Assembly: GCA_963814585.1 (NCBI GenBank)
Contig: CAWFDF010000010.1
Location: 32,001 to 96,000 of the forward strand
From: an uncultured delta proteobacterium
GTDB taxonomy: Bacteria > Myxococcota > Myxococcia > Myxococcales > Anaeromyxobacteraceae
Direction of reading: 5' to 3'
Length of the DNA: 64,000 nucleotides
In this document: one piece after another, positions 1-13,700 of the stretch
How positions within the stretch are numbered: position 1 is the stretch's first letter
How the letters are laid out: each line of letters begins with the position of its first letter
Made by a program: the position numbers and the translations under genes
The notes under the pieces: generated by a model
The model's input: the letters and a program-made list of their open reading frames with translations, nothing else
Told to the model about the DNA's origin: nothing
Database searches by the model: none

Positions 1-1853
1 GCGCTGCCGTAGCCAGGAGCGCCACCGTACCCGGGCGGACGGCCCCCGGGCGGCGGGCGATACCCGGGCGGCGGCGGCCGGTAGCCGTAGGGTGGGCGGT
101 ACGGCGGCGGGTAGCCGCGGGGGCCGTAGTAGCCGCCGTGGTAGTGGCCGTAGCCGCCGAAGTGGATGCCCACCGAGACGAACGGCGTCCCGTAGCTCAC
201 CCCCACGCCCCACCCCATCCACGGGTTGTAGGTCACGTGGACGCCGAAGGTGGCGGGGTACGGGTAATAGACGGTCGGGCCGATGTACGGCGGGTAGTAG
301 TAGCCGGTGCCGTAGACCACCGTGCCGTAGTAGGGGTAGACGCCCACGTAGCCCGGCAGGTAGCCCACGTACACCACCTGCGGCGTCGACTGGTACACGT
401 AGACGTAGCGGGTGTTGTAGACCGGCACGGTGGGAGGGACCTGGTCGATCGACGGCGGCCGCCGGTCGCTCACCGTCCACGGCCCCTTGGGCGTCGGGGC
501 CACGTACCAGACCGCCTGGTCACAGGCCCAGTACTTCCCGGAGTCCTGCAGCACCGAGAAGGAAGTGTTGGTGGCGTAGGCCATCCCGGTCCCCTCGATG
601 GCCTTGAACTTCGGCTCGCCGTCGTAGGTCACCTCGAGCTTCTGGTCGCGCTTCACCGCGGTGGTCTGGGGGATCTGCGTGTCGGCCAGGGCGTCGGCGG
701 CCTCGGTGGTGCCGGGCACGAAGGGGCGCACGCCGGCGGCCAGTCCCTCGGGCGGGATCTTGGCGAAGCTGGGCGGCAGCTGGTCGGGACGCACGAAGGC
801 CCACGGGCCGTCGAGCGACTTCGCCTTGTACCAGCGCCCCGAGACCAGCACGTAGGACTCGTTGGTGGGGACGTGGAGCAGGACCTGGCCGTCGGCGTTG
901 TCGGCGTAGAGCAGGTCGGCCGCCTCGCCCACCGGCACGTAGTTGGGAGCGCCGTCGAAGACGGTCAGCTCGGTCGGCTCGGTGGCCACGATGATGCGCG
1001 GCGGTGTCTCCGGCTTCGCGGCGGCCGGCGGCGGCGAACCAGCGGGCGGCGCGGCGGCGCCCTCGGCCGTGGGGGGAGGCGGGGCGGGGTTCTTGGCGAT
1101 GAAGTCCTTCACGGCAGGTGAAGGAGATCCCGCGTAGGTCCAGGGGCCCATGGGATCGTTGGCCTCGTACCAGAACTGCCCGCCGGAGAGGTAGAGGCGG
1201 CCCACCGCCGGGTCCTTGACCACGAAGAGCTGCGTGTTGACCACCCGCTCCAGCGACGTGCCGGACAGCGCCCGCAGCACCGGCTTGCCGTCGTAGAGCA
1301 GCAGCACCGCCGGGTCTCGCGCGAAGAGGAGCTTCGGGGGCTTCACCTGCAGGCGGGTCTCCCCCTGGGTCTCGCGCTGGCCCGCGGCCAGCGCCGCCTG
1401 GAGCTCGTCGAGCGTCAGCGAGAGGTCCCACCTGGGGAGCTCGGCCTCCAGCAGCTTGATGCCCGCCGCCTCCTGCTCCTTGGTGATGCTGGGGAAGCGG
1501 ATCCTGGTGACCTTGAAGGTCTCGAGGTCGGCGGTGCTCGCCTCCTTGTCGATCTGGAGCTGCGCCGTGAACCAGAAGACGCCGAAGGCCGGAGGCTTCC
1601 CCTTGGGCTCCCAGGAGATGGCGGCGCGCGCGCTCAGGGTCACGCCCTCCAGCTTCTCGAGCTGCGGCTGGTAGACCACCACCATGCCGGTGTCGAGCGG
1701 GAGCGAGCGCGGCCAGTTGCCCGGTTCGACCGGCGCCGCGGTCGCTGGCGCACCCGCGGCCGCTGGGGCAGGCGCGGGATCTGCCGTGCGCCCCGCGGAC
1801 GGCACGAGGAGCGGCAGCGAGGCGGCGAGGGCCAGCATGGTGCGGCGGGTCAT
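1..1853 (-). CDS. Secreted conserved protein (often labelled carbohydrate-binding family V/XII) with Pro/Gly/Tyr-rich C-terminus; 3' end runs off the window
   Basis: Own translation from ATG 1853: MTRRTMLALAASLPLL signal peptide, then WPR..VYQPQ, ..GRWYKAKSLDGPW, ..WACDQAVWY, then GYRPPPPGYRPPPGG. No stop before position 1, so it is missing from the ORF track. Confidence 0.75.
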   Translation of the reverse strand, partial: MTRRTMLALAASLPLLVPSAGRTADPAPAPAAAGAPATAAPVEPGNWPRSLPLDTGMVVVYQPQLEKLEGVTLSARAAISWEPKGKPPAFGVFWFTAQLQIDKEASTADLETFKVTRIRFPSITKEQEAAGIKLLEAELPRWDLSLTLDELQAALAAGQRETQGETRLQVKPPKLLFARDPAVLLLYDGKPVLRALSGTSLERVVNTQLFVVKDPAVGRLYLSGGQFWYEANDPMGPWTYAGSPSPAVKDFIAKNPAPPPPTAEGAAAPPAGSPPPAAAKPETPPRIIVATEPTELTVFDGAPNYVPVGEAADLLYADNADGQVLLHVPTNESYVLVSGRWYKAKSLDGPWAFVRPDQLPPSFAKIPPEGLAAGVRPFVPGTTEAADALADTQIPQTTAVKRDQKLEVTYDGEPKFKAIEGTGMAYATNTSFSVLQDSGKYWACDQAVWYVAPTPKGPWTVSDRRPPSIDQVPPTVPVYNTRYVYVYQSTPQVVYVGYLPGYVGVYPYYGTVVYGTGYYYPPYIGPTVYYPYPATFGVHVTYNPWMGWGVGVSYGTPFVSVGIHFGGYGHYHGGYYGPRGYPPPYRPPYGYRPPPPGYRPPPGGRPPGYGGAPGYGS

Positions 1854-1960
1854 GAGGTGCTCCGTGGTGCGAGTTCGCGGCGGATGCTACACCAGCGGCC
1901 GAGGTGGCGACGAGGCCCCGCGATCCCCTGGTCACGCGGGCGGTGGCGGCCTGGCCCAGC

Positions 1961-3435
1961 TCACGAGGGGCGCACCTGGAACAGGTGGCACGCCCAGGGC
2001 GCCAGGTCGACGTACAGGCCAGGATCCCGCAGCTCGTCCCCGCTCCGGTCGTAGCTCTCGCCGGACAGGACGTCGTGGAGTCGCCAGGTGCTGCCCCGGA
2101 CATCGTCCCACGGCACCTGGACGCGGGCCTGGGTGGCGGCGGATCGGTAGTTGATGACGACGAGGGCGCGCTGCTCCCTGGCGGTCCAGCACCAGGCCAG
2201 GACGTCCTGGAAGCCGCGGTTGTCGGGCCAGCCGCCCCGCTCGCAGAGGCGCCACTCGCCGTTCCGGTAGACGTCTCGGCGGGTCTCCTCCAGCAGGCGC
2301 CCGTAGAAGGCCGCCAGATCCTCGTCGACCGGCTCCTCCGGCCGCCGGCCCAGGAAGACCGGGAGCCTCACCTTCCGGCCCTCGAGCTGGCCCTCGTGGA
2401 TCAGCCTCGTCCCCGGCAGGGTCATGATCGCCACGGCGGCCGCGCGCCCCTTCCCGGAGGGGAAGGCAGCGGCCGCCCTCGGCTCGTCGTGGTTCTCGAT
2501 GAACCGGACCATCCGCTCCTGGTAGGCGCCGTCGGCCAGCAGGTGCTGCCGCACCGCCTCGGCGTCGCCGTGCTCCATCCGGTCGTAGAGCCGCTTGTCG
2601 TAGCAGCCGTCGAAGCCCTGCCGCTGCAGCTCCCACTCCAGGTCCCAGTAGGCCTCGGCGAGGAACCTGAAGCCGGGGTGCTGGGCCTTCAGCGTCGCGA
2701 TCACGGTGGCCCAGTAGTCGTCGGCCGGCCGCGCCCCCGCCCGCGCTCCCCAGGTGCGCTCGAAGACCGAGCTGAGCATGAGCATCGCCATGTCGCAGCG
2801 GATGCCGTCGCACTGGCCGGCGATCTCCGCGACGGTCTCGAACACCGCCGTCCTGAGCCCGGGGTGGAAGGCGTCGAGCTGGAGCACGTCGGGCCAGGCC
2901 GGGAAGTACGGGTCCCGGCCGAGGGCGAAGACCGTGCCGCCCACCTTCACGAAGGAGGCCGGGTCCCTCCGCGCCTCGTCGGCGCTCCCCCGGATGAAGT
3001 ACTCCGGGTGCTCGGCGGCCCAGGGGTGATCGGGCGCCACGTGGTTGGGCACGAAGTCGAGGACCAGCCGCAGCCCGCGCTGGCGGAGCGCGGCTCGCGC
3101 CGCGGCCAGCCCCTCCGGACCGCCCAGGTGCGGGTCCGCGGCGTAGCGGCGCACGCAGTAGGGCGAGCCGACGTCGTCGGCCGCCGAGAAGTCGGGGAGG
3201 GCCCGCCGGAAGTCGGCGAGCAGCCCCTCGTTCCGCATGGAGATGGCGATGCCGGCCGGGCTCCGCTCCCAGACGCCCATGAGCCAGACGGCGTCGAAGC
3301 CACCGGCCGCGATGGCGGTCCACTCCGCCTCGGGGACGGTGGCCAGCGTCACCGGTCTCCCGTGCTTCCGGCCCAGCTCGCCGAGCCAGACCCAGGCGTT
3401 GATCTCGTAGATGACCGGATGGCTAGGCCAGGGGT

Positions 3436-3439
<4 letters not shown>
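1961..3439 (-). CDS. Alpha-amylase family (GH13-like) glycoside hydrolase
   Basis: MNPWPSHPVIYEINAWVW; GH13-like motifs LVLDFVPNH, DGIRCDMA, FLAEAY, FIENHD. Start overlaps the upstream gene stop (ATGA). Confidence 0.85.
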
Positions 3440-6189
<2,750 letters not shown>

Positions 6190-6388
6190 GGTGGGCTCCC
6201 TGGCGCTGCAGGCGCTCTCCGGAGGTCGAGGCGTCTCGCGACTCCCGAGCCAGGAGGGCCGTCCCTGCAGGCCTTCCCAGTGCAACACCTCCGGGAGAGG
6301 GTGTCACCTGCCCAGGAAGGGCGTGGCTGCCGGACCGGCAGGATGGAGGGGCGGAGAGGTGGTCACCGCCCGAGGGCGTCGCCGGCCC

Positions 6389-7750
6389 TCACCGCCCGGC
6401 GCGCAGATCGGCGAGCAGCCGCTGGAAGCCCGGCGCGTCGCGCAGCAGCCGCCCCCCGACCTCGCGCAGCCGGTCGACCTGCGCCTTGGGGAGCGCCAGG
6501 CTGGTCTTGACCTTGCGGAACTCCTCGCGCTCGGCGGGATCCGGCAGGTTGTCGAAGGTCACCTGCGCCAGGTAGACCTCGCGCCGGTCCGGGCCGCTGG
6601 CCGGGCCGGACCTCTTCCAGCGCTCCAGCTGCTCGCGCGTCTTCTCCACGGCGTCGATGGTGATGCGGTCGACCGGGATCGACCACATCTGGTCCTGCAG
6701 CTTCGAGGTGCCGGGCGGCGCCTCCGAGCGGTCCCAGTCCACCTCGGGCACCCGCAGCGCGTTGACGGCGATGACCACCACCTTGCGCACGCCGCGCAGC
6801 CGGGCCAGCTCGGGCGCGTCCGGGAAGAGCGCCAGCCGATCGAGGGCGCCGAGGAGGGAGTTGAGGCCGAGGTTCTCGGCCAGGCCGCCGTCGAAGAGGT
6901 GGACGTACGGCCGGGTCGCGGCGTCGGTGGCGCCGCGCCGGGCCCGGGCGTCGAGCTCGGCGCGGCCCGGGGACTCGGAGCGGGACGCCGCGTCGGCGGC
7001 GGCGGACATCCAGGCCGGCTCCGCGTAGCCGCAGCTCCCGGCCCGGTTCTCGAGCGTGATGGGCGTGAGCAGCGGCGGCAGCGCGGTCGAGGTGGCCACG
7101 GCCCGGCCCAGCGTCACCTTCGACAGGTCGGCGCAGATGAGGTCGAACTGGTCCTGCGTGAAGGGGAAGTGGGCGCCGGTGGTGACGTCGGTGGCCTGGA
7201 CCACCACGTAGGGGCCGCCGGCGCGCTGCAGGTCGCCGAAGGTGGCGCCGTGGAAGACGGTCTCGTCGTAGAGCTCGGTGAAGAGGTCGGACTTGCCGAA
7301 GGTGCCGGAGGGAAGGCGGAACCAGTTGCCCGGGGAGAAGATGCGCCAGGCCAGCTCGCCCTCCAGGTTCCGGGAGAGGACCTCGCGCTCGAACTCCTCG
7401 AAGGCCTTCTCGCGGCGCAGGGCGTAGAAGGTGGCCGGCAGCGTGCCGCCCGAGACCGCCGAGATCACGTCCACCTCGTCGAGCAGCCGCCTCGTGGCGC
7501 CGCGCACCGGCACCTCGGTCCGGCGCAGCTCCTCGAGCGTCCCGTAGGCGAGCGAGGCGGCGCGCATGCCGCCGCCGGAGAAGGCCAGGAAGACCAGCAG
7601 GTCGTCCGACTGGCCGGCGGGCGAGACGTCGGCGAAGCGGTAGCCGGGGGTGCCGGCCTTCTCCAGCTTCGGGGTGGCGGGCCAGTGGGCGCAGCCGGCG
7701 AGGAGCAGCGCGGCCGCGGCGGGGGCGGCGAGGCGTCGGACGGTGGTCAT
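6389..7750 (-). CDS. Patatin-like phospholipase, lipoprotein
   Basis: Lipobox LLLAGC; oxyanion motif SGGGMRAA; nucleophile AVSGG; FDGG. Confidence 0.85.
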   Translation of the reverse strand: MTTVRRLAAPAAAALLLAGCAHWPATPKLEKAGTPGYRFADVSPAGQSDDLLVFLAFSGGGMRAASLAYGTLEELRRTEVPVRGATRRLLDEVDVISAVSGGTLPATFYALRREKAFEEFEREVLSRNLEGELAWRIFSPGNWFRLPSGTFGKSDLFTELYDETVFHGATFGDLQRAGGPYVVVQATDVTTGAHFPFTQDQFDLICADLSKVTLGRAVATSTALPPLLTPITLENRAGSCGYAEPAWMSAAADAASRSESPGRAELDARARRGATDAATRPYVHLFDGGLAENLGLNSLLGALDRLALFPDAPELARLRGVRKVVVIAVNALRVPEVDWDRSEAPPGTSKLQDQMWSIPVDRITIDAVEKTREQLERWKRSGPASGPDRREVYLAQVTFDNLPDPAEREEFRKVKTSLALPKAQVDRLREVGGRLLRDAPGFQRLLADLRAGR

Positions 7751-7773
7751 GGCGACTTCCTCTCGGACCGGCC

Positions 7774-10056
7774 TCAGAACGGGAACTGCAGGCCGAGGCT
7801 GGGGCTCACGGCCCACCAGGAGACGCTCTCGATGGGGGGGGCCGGGTAGTAGTTGAACATGACCTGGATGCGGATCCGCTCCAGCGCGGTGGCGGCCAGG
7901 CCGGCGCCGATGACCGGGCGGGAGCAGGAGCCGATGGTGTCCGAGGTGGGCGTCGGGCAGGTCTCGGTGCTCCACCCGTCCCGGGAGGAGAAGAGGAAGC
8001 CGCCGCGGACGACGACGCTGGGCTGGATCGCCGTGCTGGACCAGGCGGCCGGCATGACCTCGATGCCGACCAGCGGGGCCAGGGCCACGGCGCCGCTCTC
8101 GTTGGAGATCAGCCGGGCCGTGTTGGTGAGCTGCAGCGCGGCGTGCAGCCGGACCGAGGCGATCCCGCCGATCTCGGAGCGGAAGCCCTTGCTGACGCCG
8201 ATCTCGGAGTCGCTCCCCACCAGCACCCAGCCGGTGAAGCGGGGCGGCACGTAGACGACGGCGTCGGCGGCCATCTTGACGGCGGTGTCCACCAGCGCCG
8301 ACTGGCCGGCGGGCTGGGTGGCGGCCACCTGCTTCCCGACCCCCAGGAGCCGCGCGCGCAGCGTCGCCGGGGCCTCGGCGGCCTGCTCGCGCGTCAGCCC
8401 CAGGTCCTTGAACTCGAACCGGTGCGCCGCGAGGAGTCGCATCACGTAGCCGGTCTCGTTCTCCTTCGCCCCCCGGCGCCAGGTGTCGCCGGGGAGCGGC
8501 TCGACGCCGGGGACCCGGCGCGGCGGCTGCTTCCCCGCCGCGGCGACGCAGAGCGGGTCGTCGGCGTAGACCCCCTTCAGCTCCTCGAGCCCGGCGCAGC
8601 GGTCCCAGAGCCGCTCGATGGAGGCCTGCAGGACGATGCGGAAGTCGCGCAGGTCGTCGCCCTGGCAGGCGGCCTCGGCGGCAGCGGGATCGTCCATCAC
8701 CGCCGAGAGGCAGCGGTACGGCTTCCACGACGCGGCGGCGGCGGTGGCCCCGGAGACCTTCTCGGGGAGCTGCATCTGCCCGGGCCGGCCGGCCCTGGCG
8801 AGGCGGGCCGGGAGCCGGACCTCGGCCATGCGCCGGGCGTCGTACATGCCCAGCGCGAAGTCGAACTCCCGCAGCCCGGTCTCGAAGAAGCCGAAGAAGG
8901 CCCCCAGGGGGGAGCTGGCCGCGGGGAGGTGGCGCTCCGGGATGACCAGCCGGTCGAAGAACACCGGGTCCTCCTCGGCGACGTAGAGCAGGTTCTTGGC
9001 GCGGGCGCTGTCGTAGAAGGAGCCCCCCACGTCGCCGACGATGCCGAGCAGGGTCGCCGGGATCTTGCCGGCGGCGGCGCGGTCGGCGGCGGGGAAGGTG
9101 CGGACGTCGGTGGAGACGTAGGTGAAGATCATCTTCCCGGGGATCTCGCCGTGGCCGAGATCGGGCCGGTCGAGCCAGCGGGCCTGGCCCTCGCCGAGCT
9201 GCAGGCCGGCGGCGGCCAGCTTGGAGGCCAGGCGGACCGGCGTGTTGTCGAAGACGCCGCCGTCGACGAACGGGTCGCTCCTGGCAGCGCTCTCCGGGCA
9301 GCCCGGCCAGGCCCCCTTGCTGGCGCTGACGATGCAGTGGCGGACCGGCTGCGGGGGGAAGGCGCCGGGGAAGGCAGTGGAGGCGAAGAGGGCGTCCACC
9401 AGCGCCGACATGGGGACCTCGCCGTCCTTGCCCTCGACGAGGAGCGCCTGCTCCCCCTCCCAGGTGGGATCGACGTAGTTGGTGAGCCGCGGCGGCTTGC
9501 CGGGGCCGCGCCCCTGGACCCGAACCTGGAAGTGCTCCTCCACCCGTGGCAGCTGGAGCCGTTCCCCCTTGAGCGAGACCAGGCGCGGGTGGAGCCGGGT
9601 CACCGAGACCCCGAAGACCACGTCGCAGTCGGCGCGCAGGCCGGCCGCCCAGGCCTTGCCGATCAGGTCGAGCGGCGCGTCGAAGGCGCTCCGCGAGAAG
9701 GCGGCGGTGGGGCTGCCCTTGCCGGGCTCGGCCAGCTTCTCGAGGCCGAGCGGGATCCAGGCCTTCCAGAAGAGGCTCTCCCGCGGGTCGGGCCGAGGTG
9801 TTCCGCACATCTGCAGGATGGACATGAAGCCGTTGACCGACCCGGCCGAGGCGCCGGTGGCCAGCTTCAGCTCGGTCAGGCCCGGATTGGCTCGCACCGA
9901 CTCCAGCGTGTAGTAGACCAGCCCGGCCTCGTAGGCGCCGAGGCTGACGCCGCCGGCGATGGTGATCGAGGCCGGCAGCGGCGCGGCCAGGGCCGGGAAG
10001 GCCCCGGTGCCGAGCGCCAGGGCGGCGACGGCGGAGACGAGGTGACGGTGGATCAT
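7774..10056 (-). CDS. Secreted patatin-like phospholipase with C-terminal beta-strand-rich domain
   Basis: Signal peptide MIHRHLVSAVAALALG; AGGVSLGAYEAG, GASAG, VDGGVFDNTP; C-terminus ends LGLQFPF. Confidence 0.8.
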   Translation of the reverse strand: MIHRHLVSAVAALALGTGAFPALAAPLPASITIAGGVSLGAYEAGLVYYTLESVRANPGLTELKLATGASAGSVNGFMSILQMCGTPRPDPRESLFWKAWIPLGLEKLAEPGKGSPTAAFSRSAFDAPLDLIGKAWAAGLRADCDVVFGVSVTRLHPRLVSLKGERLQLPRVEEHFQVRVQGRGPGKPPRLTNYVDPTWEGEQALLVEGKDGEVPMSALVDALFASTAFPGAFPPQPVRHCIVSASKGAWPGCPESAARSDPFVDGGVFDNTPVRLASKLAAAGLQLGEGQARWLDRPDLGHGEIPGKMIFTYVSTDVRTFPAADRAAAGKIPATLLGIVGDVGGSFYDSARAKNLLYVAEEDPVFFDRLVIPERHLPAASSPLGAFFGFFETGLREFDFALGMYDARRMAEVRLPARLARAGRPGQMQLPEKVSGATAAAASWKPYRCLSAVMDDPAAAEAACQGDDLRDFRIVLQASIERLWDRCAGLEELKGVYADDPLCVAAAGKQPPRRVPGVEPLPGDTWRRGAKENETGYVMRLLAAHRFEFKDLGLTREQAAEAPATLRARLLGVGKQVAATQPAGQSALVDTAVKMAADAVVYVPPRFTGWVLVGSDSEIGVSKGFRSEIGGIASVRLHAALQLTNTARLISNESGAVALAPLVGIEVMPAAWSSTAIQPSVVVRGGFLFSSRDGWSTETCPTPTSDTIGSCSRPVIGAGLAATALERIRIQVMFNYYPAPPIESVSWWAVSPSLGLQFPF

Positions 10057-10375
10057 GGGCTCCCCCTCGCGGCGACTGGCGCCGCTCCGTTCACGGCCAG
10101 CATATCCCGAGGCCGACGTCCAGGTGCTCCGAAGAGCCCTCGGCCGGGAGGCCGTCCCAGGGCCGGAGATCGAGGGAGCGGTCGAGCACGGATGCCTTGG
10201 GGGAATGGACGCACAGCATTCCAGGCGGCGTCCGGACCTCCGGCACGACCCGAGCGCCCTCCGGCCGTCGCCCGAGGCCTTCGGGTCCTCCGGGGGGCGT
10301 TGAGCCGCCGCCCCGCCCCGCGTAGAGTCCTCCCCTCGAACCGGGCGCCCGCGCCCACTGCCCCAGGGATCAAGA

Positions 10376-10717
10376 ATGACCAAGCTCGTCCGTGCCTTCG
10401 CCGCCACCGCAGGTCTCGCCCTCCTCGCCGCCGCCGTGCCCGCGCAGGGCGCTCCGGCCGGCAAGCAGGTGACCATCAGCGGCAACCTGGCCTGCGCCAT
10501 GTGCATCCTGAAGCAGAAGGACGTGAAGACCTGCACCAACGTGGTGGTGACCAAGGAGGGCGGCAAGGACGTGATCTACGCGCTCGCCGACAACGACGTC
10601 ACCAAGCCGCTCACCATGGCCGCCTGCGAGAAGGTGCTGCCGGTGAAGGTGACCGGCACGGTCGCCGAGGCCGGCGGCAAGAAGACCATCACCGCCACCA
10701 AGGTCGAGAAGACCTAG
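10376..10717 (+). CDS. Small secreted protein with CxxC, function unknown
   Basis: Signal peptide, GNLACAMC, 4 Cys; coding-like codon usage. Confidence 0.7.
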   Translation: MTKLVRAFAATAGLALLAAAVPAQGAPAGKQVTISGNLACAMCILKQKDVKTCTNVVVTKEGGKDVIYALADNDVTKPLTMAACEKVLPVKVTGTVAEAGGKKTITATKVEKT

Positions 10718-10775
10718 CCGGCGCCATTCGCCCGGCGCCACGCACCGGGCCGGCGGCTGGGAGCGGCCGCCCTCC

Positions 10776-13700
10776 CTACCCCGCCAGCACCGACTGCCCG
10801 CGGATGGTGAAGTAGACCGCCTCGGGGTGGTGCAGCACGATGGCGCTGGTCGACTGCTCCGGCACCATCTGGCAGGCCTCGGTGAGCGAGACGCCGATGG
10901 CGCGGTCCGGGTCCAGCAGCTTCCAGAGCTGCCGCTGGTCGGTCAGCTCGGGCCAGGACGGGTAGCCGGGGCTGTAGCGCTTGCCCTGCTCCGGCCCCAG
11001 CCCCAGCTCGGCCTTCACCACGCGGTGCCAGTGCTCGGCCAGCGCCTCGGCCGCCTCCACGGCCAGGCCGTGGACGAAGAGGCCGCGCGAGTAGTCGCCG
11101 CGGGCGCTGGCCTCGTCGGCCACGCGCGAGGCCGCGTCACCCATGGTGACCACCTGCAGGGCGCAGACGTCGCTCCCGGGCTCGGTCCTGAAGAAGTCGG
11201 CCAGGCAGAGCAGCCGCTCGTCGGGCTGGCGCGGGAAGCGCAGCCGGGCCAGCTCGGCCTTGCGGTGGACCGGGTCGAGGATCACCAGCTCCTCGCCCTC
11301 GGCGTGGCAGGGCCAGTAGCCGTAGACCACCTTCGGCTGCAGCCAGCCCTGCGCCTGGGCCTCGGCCTTCAGCTCCTCGAGCTTGGGCGAGAACTGCTCG
11401 CGGATCATCCGCTCGTACTCCGCCCCCTTGGCCCGCACGCCCCACTGCAGCTTGTAGAGCTCGTTGAGGTCGAGCCGGGGCCAGAGGTCGGACAGCGGGA
11501 TCTGCCCGGAGAGCACGGTGCGGGCCCCCCAGAACGGCGGCGCCGGGACGCGGGCGGCCGGTGCCACGCTGGAGCGGGCCCCCGGCGGCGGCCGGGGCGG
11601 CGGCTCGGGGAGGGGGGCGTCCCGTCCCTGCAGGGCCTTCTCGAGCACGGCGTGCTTGAGGGCGGCGCGCCGCTCCGGATCCATCAGCTGCTGGACCAGC
11701 TCCAGCCCCTCGAAGGCGTCCTTGGCGTAGAAGACGCCGCCGGCGTAGGGCGTGCCGCCCTGCACGAAGTGGGTCTTGTAGCCGAAGCGCCGGTTGATGG
11801 CGGCGCCGCCGATGATGACCGGGAAGGACAGGTTGCGGCGGCTCAGCTCCTCCACGCAGAAGGGCATCTGCTTGGAGGTCGAGACCAGCAGCGCCGAGAG
11901 GCCGATGGCGTCGGCGCCGACCTCGACCGCCTTCTCGATGATGGTGGCGACCGGCACCTGCTTGCCGAGGTCGTGCACCGTGAAGCCGTTGTTGGAGAGG
12001 ATGGTCTTGACCAGGTTCTTGCCGATGTCGTGGACGTCGCCGTAGACGGTGGCCAGCACCACCGTGCCCTTGGTCGAGCCGCCGGTCTTCTCGAGGAACT
12101 GCTCGAGGTACCCGACCGCCTTCTTCATGACCTCGGCCGACTGCAGCACGAAGGGCAGGATCAGCTCGCCGGCGCCGAACCGGTCGCCGACATCCTTCAT
12201 GGCGGGGAGCAGCACCTCGTTGAGCACCCCCACGGCGGGCTGGCGGGTCAAGGCCTCGTCGATGAGCGCCTCGATCCCGGCCGGCCGCCGGTGGAGGATC
12301 TGGAGGTGGATCCGCTCCTCGGCGGTCTTCCCGGCCAGCAGGTCCTCGGTGGGCGCCGCCTTCTCGGCCCCCTTCTCGCCGAAGTGGGCGATGAGCCGCG
12401 CCAGCGCGTCGGGACGCCGGTCGAAGATCAGCTCCTCGGCCAGCGCCCGCTCGGTCTCGCCGAGGGCGGGGTAGGGCGTGACGTCCTTGGGGTTGACGAT
12501 GGCGAGGTCGAGGCCGGCCTTCACCGCGTGGTAGAGGAAGACCGAGTTGATCACCTCGCGGGCGTGCCTGGCGAGGCCGAAGCTGACGTTGGAGACGCCC
12601 AGGGTGGTGAGCACCCCCGGGGTCTCGGCCTTGATGCGCCGGATCCCCTCGAGGGTCTCGATGGCGCTGCGCCGGTACTCCTCGCCGCCGGTGGCCAGCG
12701 TGAAGGTGAGGGCGTCGAAGACGAGGCTGTCGGGCTCGATCCCGTACTCCCTGGCCACCGTCACCAGGCGCGCCGCGATCTCGGCCTTCCGGTCGGCGGT
12801 CTGGGCCATGCCCTTCTCGTCGATGGTCATGCACACCACCGCCGCGCCGAACCGCTTCACCAGCGGCAGCACCTTCCTGACCCGCTCACCGCCCTTCTCC
12901 AGGTTGACGGAGTTGACGATGCAGCGGCCCGGGTAGACCTTGAGCGCCGACTCGATGACGTCGGCCTCGGTGGAGTCGATCATCAGCGGTGCGTCGACCG
13001 CCTGGGCCAGCAGCCTCACCAGGGCGCGCATCTGCGCCCCCTCGTCGTCGCGCTCGTTGAGGGCCACGCAGACGTCGAGCACGTGGGCGCCCGCCTCCAC
13101 CTGCCCGCGGGCGATCTGCAGCAGCCCGGGGTAGTCGTCGGCGATGAGCAGCTCCTTCACCTTGCGCGAGCCCTGCGAGTTGAGCCGCTCGCCCACCAGC
13201 AGCGGGCGCGGCTCGAGCGTCAGCGGCACCGCCTTCATGGCCGAGGAGATCTCGGGCCCGGGGCGGGGGCGGACCCGCCGCGGCGCGGTCACGGTGCGGA
13301 GCCGCTCCACCACCGCCTTGAGGTGCGCCGGCGTGGTGCCGCAGCAGCCGCCCACCAGGTCGACGCCCAGGTCGACCACGAAGCTGGCCAGCGCCTCGGC
13401 CAGCTCGTCCGGGGAGAGCTTGTAGACGGCCTTGCCGTCGACGTTCTCCGGCATGCCGGCGTTGGGCAGCACCGAGACGTAGTGGCTGCAGTGCTCGCCG
13501 AGGTAGCGGACCGCCTCGCGCATCTCGGCGGGACCGGTGGAGCAGTTGAGGCCGACGGCGTCGACCGGCAGCCGCTCCAGCGTCGCCAGCGCGCTGGCGA
13601 TGTCGGTGCCGAGCAGCATCCGGCCGTTCTGGTCGATGAGGGTGGGCTGGGCGATGATGAAGACGTCGCGCATCAGCTCGCGGCGGCAGGCGTCGGCGCC

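Noticed and set aside
6272..6320. Hairpin with CACTG-GGAAGG resembling a cobalamin riboswitch upstream of the glucosidase
   Set aside because: The other B12-box elements are missing and the downstream gene is unrelated to B12.
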